Positions 11,614-23,000 of a stretch of 55,808 nucleotides of DNA are shown here, piece by piece. Source of the stretch: Octopus bimaculoides (Eukaryota); assembly GCF_001194135.2 (NCBI RefSeq), contig NC_068991.1:42187969-42243776 (forward strand). Direction: 5' to 3'. The stretch's first letter is position 1; each line of letters starts with the position of its first letter. Under the pieces are notes generated by a model, which was not told where the DNA came from, searched no databases, and was given only the letters and a program-made list of their open reading frames with translations. The translations under genes and the position numbers were made by a program.

Positions 11614-14600
11614 CGATGGGCTTCTTTCAGTTTTTCCGTCTACCAAATGCACTCACAAGGTTTTGGTTGGACCAAGGCTATAGTATAAGCCACTTACCCA
11701 AGGAGTTATGTAGTGGAACTGAACCCAGAACCATGTGGTTTGGAAGCAAGCTTCTTACCACACAGCCATTTTCTTCGATTTACTATTTCTTAATTAGTTA
11801 CCCATTTTAAATAAGCTTACTATACTTCCTACGTGGTTGGTTCCCTAATAGATACTGCGAACTTCTAAAACTGAAACGATAGGATTATTTTCTTTTTTTT
11901 TTTTGAAAGTGCAGAAAGTGTTACCTCCCTTGAATCATAACTATGATGTGAAACTTATAAATTGATTCTATGTATATAAGAGATAAAATAAACTAAATAT
12001 ATACTCTTACATTAGATTAATTTAAATCTTTGTTGTTCAGATGACTAGTTGCAGACATTACTTTGGAAATATAAAAAACATGATGATGGAATAAAATTTT
12101 CGCAGAAAAATGAATTCAGTATTTAAAATTAGGTATTTAAGCTAAAAATTGAATTTAACCATTTAATTAAAATGTTCATTATTCCTTAACCTGATTGAGA
12201 ACCTCAAGGGCAGTTGTTTTGAAGATGAAGTTGGCTGTGACAAGAGTCCTGAACACCTTCACTTTAGAGAATTTCCATGGAATCTACATGAAGTGGCTGG
12301 AGTGCTACAAGTGCACTGAACTCAAGGGATCTTATTTTGAAGGAGATTAGAATTTTGTACTTCTTTGAAATTAATACATGTCTCTCCTTAGGTGTTAATT
12401 TCCATTCACTGGAAATAGCAGATGAAAATTTAACATTCCTTCCGACATTCTAGAATAGTTATTGTTATATGGACTGTCGGATTTGTTAGTTGTTCATCTG
12501 AGGTCCCGTGGTTCAATGTAGTTTGTTTGAGGTCCTTGTTTCGTTGTTGTTTTGAATGACTGTCAAAGTTAAATGTTATTGATATATATGGCGAGGACAA
12601 GATTCTTGTTTCTTAATAACAAACATTCGGTGAGTGCGTTTTGTTTATAATTAATAAATACATGTAATAACTAAGTTGTACAACCCGTTGTCTTTTCTGT
12701 GCAAGTCCCCCGAGAGGAATACAACAGTTATGTTTGAGAGACTTTGATCATAAGTCTGCTGAATCAGGGTTGAATAGGGATTGATCAATACTAGGACATT
12801 AATAAGAAAATTAAAATGATGAAATTAATTAAAATTACTTTTATTCTACCCTAGTAGTTAGCATGTTGGGCTCATGATCATAATGCTGTTGGTTCAGTTC
12901 CCGGACTAGGTAGTGCCCTTAAACAAGGAACATCATTTCATGCTGCTCCAGTCTACTCAGGTGAAAATAACATTTTTTGTGATAATGACTGGTACCACAA
13001 GAAAAGTATTAGATGCATGCTGTAAAGTGATAGGCATTAGAAAGGGTATCCTGCCATAAAAACTATGCTCAAGCAGACATTGGAGCATGACACAGTACTC
13101 CAATATAGAAGCTAGACACTAAATGATGATGATGCAAAAGATTCTGAAAACGATCTAACAGAATTCTTAGAATCAGGTGATTGTTATGACAGACGTGAAT
13201 ATAAAAGAGTTTCAAATAATTCACAAAATACTTACAGATGGATATGAAGGTAAAACATGCATGCTATAATGGTAGTTAGCAGTTATCCCAGGACTTAATG
13301 GACAGTGAAGGCCACTGTCCTTACAAGCATCTGCTGGAGATACAGGGAATGGTATATTAATGCCGTTTATAATTCCATACACTTTAACTGTGGCAGAGTT
13401 TATTGTAACTTCTGAAAAGAAAAAGTAAAAGAAATTTCAGATGAAATTAATCATCCCTTTACATAAAAAAATTTGAAAGCAAGTAAGTCAACTAGGTATT
13501 TATATGAAAATAGTATTTCTATTCTGATATATTTTACAGTCCATGACAGCACTGAGGATACTTTTGAATTTTTCCTCACCAACTGATCATTTCCCAGGCC
13601 CTAAACACCCCAGAAAGCAAGGGAGCTCACTACAAAGTTCATATCTTGATTAATTTTTCTTTGTAAGGGATTTTTAAGAGAAGAAAGGAAGTAATAACGA
13701 CCACCTGAAGAAACACATTTTGCTCATGCATGACCAATATTTAAAGTGAATGATGAAAGTAAATGAAGAGAAAAGTCAGAGGATTGTTTATATGGATGAA
13801 AGCTACATTCACAAGAACTATTGTTGGCACGACCCAAATGATGAATAAGACCTTACAACTATTGGAGGCCACAAAAGACAATGATATTGTTTCATTGTTG
13901 CAATTATAGATGCTGATCATAGTATTCTGATAATGATGATTAAAGGATTCTGATGTTGTTGTTGGCACTCCGTCGCTTACAACGTCGAGGGTTTCCAGTT
14001 GATCCTATCAACGGAACAGCCTGCTTGTGAAATTAGTGTGCAAGTGGCTGAGCACTCCACAGACACGTGTACCCTTAACGTAGTTCTCGGGGATAATCAG
14101 CGTGACACAGTGTGACAAGGTTGACCCTTTAAATTACAGGCACAACAGAAACAGGAAGTAAGAGTGAGAGAAAGTTGTGGTGGAAGAGTACAGCAGGGTT
14201 CACCACCATCCCCTGCCGGAGCCTCGTGGAGCTTCAGGTGTTTTCGCTCATTAAACACTCACAACACCCGGTCTAGGAATCAAAACCGCGATCCTATGAC
14301 CGCGAGTCTGCTGCCCTAACCACTGGGCCATTGCGCCTCCACAAAGGATTCTGATAATGATGATTAAAAATAAATCCAAATTTTCTATTCTTTTCCCTTA
14401 TTTTTCTACCAAATTGTCAAAATATTGCATCAATTCATGATCATACCTTTGCCAGAATTGTGCTATTAAAACCCCTTGGTTTCAGATTGCAACATCAGAG
14501 GTTGTGTTAAAGTTTTTTTAACAAGTTTCATTAGTATCCTCAATGCTGTCACAGACTGTTAAATGTTTTATATCTTTTGTTTCAGTCATTGGATTGTTAC

Positions 14601-17600
14601 CATGCTGGCACTGTCTTGAAAGACTTAGTTGAACAAATCACCTCCAATACTTGTATTTTTAACCCTGTAACCCTTCATTAGTCACCTCGGTTTTCCAAAA
14701 GTGGACAGTCCCCTGGGGTGTTTACACACCCCAATACAAATATGCTCATAGTGTTACAATTATGTGAAATATTGTCATACTGCTAATAAAAATAACATAG
14801 CAGGCAACCTCCATTAGAAAATACATTAAATCAAATCTTGAACTGAAGATACAATTATTCATTGAAATGAAAATATTAATAGATTTGTTGCATAAATGTA
14901 TGTTGTAAAATGTAGGTGAAACACACCAATACAATAATAGAGAAAAGTTTTAATCATCAAAAACAACCACAACATATTTTCATGAATTGAAATGAAAAGC
15001 AAAATCAATGTGAACTCATTATATAGCCATTACCGTTCACTTTGATTCACCACTGGTTGAAGACAAAGCAACGTCTGCCTCCTACGACAACTGAACTACA
15101 ACTGCACCACATTATATACTATATACCCTCACTGAATCAAGAGAGTAGTGGGAGGGAGCAAAAAAAAAGCAAGCTGCTGCCAACTAGGAATTATGAGCAC
15201 TTAAAAAAATAGTGGGGGGGGGGGGGGGTAATAAAACACATAATAAAACACCTTATGTGACTAATACAGGGTTAATTAACATATTTCTTTCGAAATGCAA
15301 TGACTTTGTTTTAATTAATTTCAAAAATGAACAATTTACCAAAATAACATTACTAAGATGGTGCTTGAAACATAAATTAACATAAAATTTTGATGGAAGA
15401 TTTTAATTTACATCACATTAAAACAGAAAATTTATATCAGAACCAAAAGTGGCCTCAGGTAGGTTGGTACCAAAAGGGTTTAAAGTCTGGTACTTATTTC
15501 ATTGGTCTCTTTCACTAAATCACTAAGCAAAACCAACACCACTTATCGAATGGTGGTGGTGGTGTGGTAATACAAATGTGTGCACACAAACACACACACA
15601 CACACACACACAGCATGTTTCTAATTTCCATCAACTTAATTCACTCACAAGGCATTGGTTCGTCTAGGGATATAGTAGAGACACTTTCCCAAGGTGTTGC
15701 ACAGTGGGACTGAACCCAAAGCTACTTGGCTGCAAAGTGAACTTAACTGTACAGCCATGCCTCTGCCTCTATTAATAGGCTGCTGTTTCATATTTTTGCT
15801 TCATGGGGTTGAGGTTATCCCAGAGGCATCATCATGCATAGAGCCAACCAGTGCTTTCTATCACTGGCAGTCCTGTGCCAGCTCCCTTGCATCCTCCAAG
15901 ATGGTGTCAAGCCTCTGGAGATCTTCCCCAATCACATCCAGCCATCTAGTGCAGGATCTGCCACAAAGCTTCTTTCAGCTTGTAGCTACTGCATTGAATG
16001 AGAGTAAAACCCTGGTAGGATGATCTTGTGAGAGGCAAAGGACATGTCCATACCAGCACATGCAATGGATAAACTATCTATTAATATAGCTATGAGCAGC
16101 CTCCCACTTCATTATTATATTAATATATCAAATATTAATTTTGTAATTAGGAAGACCTGGGCTGAGGTGGTGAGGCAAGACCTTCGAACATTGGGCCTCA
16201 CCAAGGCGATGACTATTCACCGAGACCTTTGGAAATGTGCTGTGCGTGAGAAGACCGGGCAAGCCAAGTGAGATCGTTGCCAGTGCCCCTGGACTGGCTC
16301 TTGTGCGGGTGGCACATAAGATGCACCATTTTGAGCGTGGCCGTTGCCAGTACTGCCTGACTGGCCTTCGTAGGATTTTCGAGCGAGATCGTTGCCAGTG
16401 CCCCTGGACAGGCTCTTGTGCGGGTGGCACATAAAAGACACCATTTTGAGCATGGCCGTTGCCAGTACCGCCTGACTGGCCTTCGTACGGGTGACACATA
16501 AAAGCACCCACTACACTCTCTGAGTGGTTGGCGTTAGGAAAGGCATCCAGCTGTAGAAACTCTGCCAAATTAGATTGGAGCCATCCAGTTTCACCAGTCC
16601 TCAGTCAAATCGTCCAACCCATGCTGGCATGGAAAGCGGACGTTAAACGATGATGATGATGATGATGATGAAGTTTTAATTACATTGATAACTAATTTTA
16701 AAAGGTAATGATATGGCAAAAATATAACAGAAGTGAACCAGTTCAAATGTCAAAAACTCCACTACTGAGTTCAAAAAGACAGCTTTGAATTTCCTTCCAC
16801 AGGGATCAATAGTAGTTATTATATTTATGCACAAACATGAGGTAAAGACCTCTTTGGTCATGAATGACCACTTTGAGGTAGGGTGCAATTTTGGCAAGGA
16901 TCATTTACTAATCAAGCCATTAAAAAAGTTTTTTTAATTTTTTCAGGCATGGTCTGTTTTGCTTATCACCATATACGTCACTAGACAGAATGGGTGTTCT
17001 TACTTGACCTCACAAAATGCATGCACTGACCCCTCATTCCTCACTGACTGGTTTACTTTGTCTGAATTCATGAATGTGCACTTTTATGTGCTTTTGTGTG
17101 CCATGCAGTTATTTTGGTCCATTTTTCTAACAATATAATCGTCTTTCTATAAAGATTTGCATAATAAAAGGAATGTTATTGAACCAGTATTGCTAGAACT
17201 AGTAGATGGTTGAAGACTATAAACACCCTTCCATAAGCACCCAGTTATAAGAGAAGTCTGGTTTGTAGAAGCAAAGTATGTAGTCAATTGTATAAAATAA
17301 GCGATCATCTTGAGAGGAATGTGGATAAGTAGCAACAAATGAAATGGAATGGAAAATTGAAACTTCATGGTGAGAAATGAATGAGGTGAAACAGTCATAG
17401 AAACAGAATTCAATTAGGGAACAACTGAAGAGTAGAGGTCATGAAAGCAGATCTGCTTTCATAGCCTCACTGACACAAATATTACTTGAGAAATATTTGG
17501 GTCAATGATTTAAGCCTGCCCTGACAACCATTGAACTTGATCAATGATGTAGAAATATTTTTCAGTAAAAGGAATGAAACCACCATACTTTGTTTGTCTG

Positions 17601-19983
17601 GTAACTGATAAACAAAACGTCTCCTCTCTCTCTTCCTGGGTTTGAATCCAACACACTTTTCAGAAATCAGTGTGAATTATTACACAAATGTAAGTCAATT
17701 TTACCATATATGAGGCAAAATGACTTTGCTTGATGGGGTTGAGGTTATTCCAAGTTAGAGGTCTCAGAGGCATCATCATGCATAGAGTCAACCAGGCCCA
17801 CCGGTGCTCTCCATCGTTGGCGGTCCCGTGCCAGCCCCTTTGCATCCTGGAAAGTCATGATTTTCATGATGTCTTAGAAAATCTTGGTGTGATCGTAAAG
17901 TTTTGCATGCATATCGTTTTTGTACTGGAAAACTTTTCTACAATAAACTTTATATGAAAATATACATGTCTTCTTTGAAATTGTATGAACAAGTTAGATT
18001 ACTGGTGCCAACCTATATAACGAAGCTAATTACAAAGTTACATTGTAATATCCATTGTAGCCTTCCAATCTCATAATTGTGAGCATACAATACATGCATT
18101 AAATCTTGTCATTTTCTTCCTTCACTAATTCTTCAAGTTCTTGAAAAAATTAGTGATGATGAAACCAAGACTTGTGAGACCTGGAGTGATGCCTGCAATC
18201 TCTATAATCGGATACTCAGCTAGGATTTCTTGAACTTGCTGGGATTTTTGAACAAGACTCTCTCTTGCATTAACTGAGTGCAAAAGAGACTCCAAGATCC
18301 AAGTATGAACTTCTACAATACTGCTGCTGATATCAAAGCTCTTTGAATTTATTTTAAAAATGAAGGAGAATCTTTGATCTGTGAGTCCCTTGAAGACAGC
18401 TTTGCTCTGTGCAAGGAAAGGAATGTTGATTTTCAGAGAAAGTAAAGAAGGCATCAATCCACTGGTGAAAATATCAGGGACTCTAAATTAACCACAAGGA
18501 AAGAGTTGGAAAGAATAATGAAGGATGCTCTTAATCGTCTTCAAACTAAAATGGAAGAGTGGTTCACTCACCTTAACGAAACTGACTATGTTTGGTTTTC
18601 TTCTTGGTGTCCATAGCTTGCGCTACGCAACTGTTTCTGACAACTCTATCCTTAAGGAGAAGTGCAACTATCTTGCTGGTGTATACAGTTCTGCTATTAA
18701 TGGAGAGTACCTTTTTGAAGAAATATTGGACTGTAGAGCATTGCGGGCCACTCAGACAACCAAAATGATTACAAGGCCAGAAAGCTTCCTTAAATTCATT
18801 GTTCAAATCGGAGATGAATGCATTTTTCCAAATTTGCAAGTCAGCATACAAATCATGCTGACAATTTCTGCTTCAATCGCTAGCTGCGAGAGATCTTTCG
18901 GCAAGTTGAAATTAATACTTTCGTACACGAGAACATCTATGAGCCAACAACAACTCAATGATCTCACCCTTCTCAGTGTGGAAAGTGATGAATTTGAGAG
19001 AATGGATTTTAAATTATCGAACAGTTTGCTTCCTTGAGATAAGATTGTCATCTTTTGTCAGTTTTTAATTAAATCTTTTCTTGCAATTTTTTAAAACCAT
19101 TTATTCATTTTCTCTAAGTGAGTTTCCACTTTTTGATTGGGGTGGGGAACACAATTTTGATGCTTGCCCTGGGCACCATTTATCCTAGCTACGCCCGTAT
19201 ATATATATATATATATATACGTATATATATATACATGGGTGACCAAGTTAGTAGTGGGGGTGGGTGCGCTGAAAGTGTAACTGCTAGAATAAGAATAGCC
19301 TGGGCCAAGTTTAGAGAGCTCTTACCTCTGCTGGCGACAAAGGGACTCTCACTCAGAGTAAAAGGCAGACTGTATGACGCATGTGTACGAACAGCCATGC
19401 TACATGGCAGTGAAACATGGGCTGTGACTGCTGAGGATATGCGTAAGCTCGCAAGGAAAGAAGCCAGTATGATTATATAGTAAAAAACGAATTTTGTTAT
19501 TTTCAAATTAGAGTGCAGAAAACAACTTCTGCCACAATGCAGAAAACAACTTCTGCCACATTCCATGGAGAAAAACTAGACGTAGTTGATAGCTTCCGCT
19601 ATCTAGGTGACCAAGTTAGTAGTGGGGGAGAGTGTGCTGAAAGTATAGCTGTTAGAATAAGAATAGTCTGGGCAAAGTTCAGAGAGCTCTTACCTCTGCT
19701 AGTGATAAAGGGCCTCTCAGAGTAAAAGGCAGACTGTATGATGCATGTATACGAACAACCATGCTGCATGGCAGTGAAACATGGGCCGTGACTGCTGAGG
19801 ACATGCGTNNNNNNNNNNNNNNNNNNNNNNNNNNNNNNNNNNNNNNNNNNNNNNNNNNNNNNNNNNNNNNNNNNNNNNNNNNNNNNNNNNNNNNNNNNNN
19901 NNNNNNNNTATATACATATATATACATATATATATACATATATATACATACACATATACATACACATATACATATACATACAC

Positions 19984-20026
<43 letters not shown>

Positions 20027-23000
20027 TATATACACATATATATATCATCATCATCGTTTAACGTCCGCTTTCCATGCTAGCATGGGTTGGACGATTTGAC
20101 TGAGGACTGGTGAAACCGGATGGCAACACCAGGCTCCAATCTAATTTGGCAGAGTTTCTACAGCTGGATGCCCTTCCTAACGCCAACCACTCAGAGACAC
20201 GCACATACACACAAACACAACAAGCTTCTTTCAGTTTCTGTCAACCAGATCCACTCACAAGGCTTTGGTTGGCCCAAGGCTATATATAGTAGAAGACACT
20301 TGCACAAGGTGGCATGCAGTGGGACTGACCCAGGAACCATGTGGTTGGGAAGCAAGCTTCTTACCACACAACTATACCTCAGCCTTTGTTAATTATCTAT
20401 ATGCAAATGTCCCAATTTTCAAATATATCTCACCTGTGAGAGTACTGAAAAGTAAATATAATCAGTAGAAAAAAGTATTAAATATATTTTTAAACAAATA
20501 CCTATTATTTCTAAAGTTATTTAAAAATTTAAAAAACACACAAAAAAAAGCAAAAACACCAATACAAAAAAAGACAGTTTAACAGCAGAAGTAGAAATAT
20601 ACTTTACTTGGTGTGAAGGATACATTTAAATGCATTATACTTCCACGTTTAATCTGACATGGTAATTTGGTACAGTTGGAGACATTTATGGTATTTATGG
20701 TAGCCTGATTACTGCCTGGAAGAAAAAGAAAACATTGATGAAAGGAAAAAATATCAACATTTAAATAAACACTGTAATACGTTCTATCCCCTTACTTTCC
20801 TCGTATTCATAGAAATGGGATAGATTTTCAGCGCAGTATCTCACTAAGCATTATAATTCTGATTTGCTTTATCAGAGAAGTTCTGTTTTCAGATCTCTTC
20901 TATTCAATTATTTCCACATTTTTCATGAATCAACTATTACTAATTCAAGACATTTTCCCCATTCAGTAAACATCAAATATTTACTCTGTATCTCAATTGT
21001 TGTTATATCTCTTGCAAGCCTGTTGTCTCTCAGCTCACTTCCACAGTTTTTCTTATCAGTCAACAATCCACAATGCTTTCATGTACACAAACACATGTAA
21101 TTTAAAGTCTATTTTCTATGCTGGCATGAGTTGGACAGTTTAAAAAGATCCAATGAATTGCAGGGCTGCAGCATGTCTACTTTGGCATGGTTTCAACAGC
21201 TTCCTAAAGCCAACTGCTTTACAGTATATATTGGGTGCTTTTTTCTTTTTTTGTACCACTGGCACTAATGAGGTCCCCAAGTCATCATCATTTAACGTCC
21301 ATATACTGTACTGGCATGGGTTGGACAGTTTCACAAAAGTAAATAATCCAGAGGACTGCGTTAAGCTCCACTGTCTGCTTTGGCATGGATTTTATAGCTG
21401 GATGCCATGGATGTTTTTTACATGGCACCAACACCGGTGAGGTCACCAGGTAACTGGCAAGACAAAGATCTCTAAAATGAGATGGGGAGAGGTAGTGAGA
21501 GAGGTGACTTTGTGCCAGGTGATGAGAAGTTAGTGTATGATAGAAGGACAGAGACAGGCATTTTGCTGTAGAGGAGATACATGGTTATCCCAGTCAGAGA
21601 AATTGAAAGAGTGAGAGTAAGAGAGAGAGCAAGAGATGGTGGCAATGTGCCAGGATATACTCTCAAGGTTCAAAGGATGTGAATATACATGGAATGGTTG
21701 AGAATTGATCAGGGTGCATGCGTAGGGAGTTCATGAAAGTGCAAAAGGTGAGAAGGAGAGAGGAAAAGGGGTTGTGAGTGGTCGAACAGGTATATAAGGG
21801 GGATACAACTGGCAGATGGAAGACAGAACAGTGTTGGACTGCAGGAGTGGAGAGGGAGAGAAAAGCATAGTACATGAAAAATAGATGTAGTTTGGGGCAT
21901 TAGGGTAGGGTGTGTGAATTAATGTTACATGTAGGTGGAGTATACAGTGCTTACACAAAACTTAGTTTCACTGAGGTGGGTAAGTCTTCTCAAGAACTTC
22001 ATATCACCCAACATCTCAGTCCACTATCATCTCCTCTGTGAGGCTAAATATCTTTACATCAGCCCTCACTACTTCATCTTGTCTTCTTGGGTCCTCACCT
22101 TCCACAGGTGTTATCCACTCTAAGTAATCAGCACTTTTTTATACAGCTGCTTTCATTCATATGTATCACATGACCAAACCATGGTAGCCTTCTCTCTTGC
22201 ATGCTACACCTGATTCCTCTTATGCCCAACTTTTCAGCACATTTGCACCTTGTCATGCATACATACTGATGTTGCTCATCCAACAGAGTATACCTGCTTC
22301 ATTCCTCTCCAGTCTATGTGTGTTGTCTGCATTCAGGATTCACGTCTCACTACAAAGGAGCATAGCTGTTCATACACAAGCATCATACAAACTGCCCATA
22401 TTACTCGAAAGATCGCGCGTCCGCGCTAGCTAGTCGTGAGTGGTCGATCCTATTATTTTTAAAATTCAAACTTCATTTGTTTTCTATTTTGATAAATTCT
22501 CTCTGTTGAAAATTATATTTTTATATTTTAAATAATTTGCAATTTCAGGAAATATGTTTTTATATTAAATTTGTGTTTTCTACCCATGACTAGCTAGCGC
22601 GGACGCGCGAACTTTCGAGTAATAGATAGATAGATAGAGAGAGAGCCAGACAGACATATAGCTCGCTCCGGCCAGTCATGGTATTAGCTGTCAGTAGCCA
22701 AAGAATCGACAGGCCAGCAACAGACAGACAGATACTTCACTAGCAGTGAGCACTTTCACTTCTGACAGCTAATAGCATGATAGTGCCCTAATTTGAATTT
22801 TCAGGTTTTCGCTTGTTTCAAGGATTTTTTTTTTTTTTTTTTTTTTTTTCCCCTCCACCCATCCAACGTTATTTTTATCTTGTTACTATCACCAAATAAC
22901 TTTTTCTACCACACGCACAAAGCCCGAAATTTTGAGGGAGTGGACTAGTCGGTTACAATGACCCAGAGGTCAACTGGTACCTATTGTACTGACCTGAAAG

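Noticed and set aside
11821-11870. 50-nt minus-strand segment with acceptor-like and donor-like ends
   Set aside because: Inclusion in NPC2 (phase 0) gives an immediate stop, and no partner exons were found. It is at most a poison or cryptic exon with no support here.
12080-12195. TGATGA…CTGA pair resembling a box C/D snoRNA
   Set aside because: Very AT-rich, no terminal stem, and no convincing guide abutting box D. The CTGA coincides with the start of the mariner fragment.
14270-14342. tRNA-like heads with A and B boxes (also 4416-4490 and others)
   Set aside because: They continue into SINE bodies with tails and TSDs and do not form complete cloverleaves, so they are not tRNA genes.
16270-16500. 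Regularly spaced short repeats resembling a CRISPR array (also 32130-32400)
   Set aside because: These are subrepeats of the RTE 3' UTR in a eukaryotic context, with no unique spacers or cas genes.
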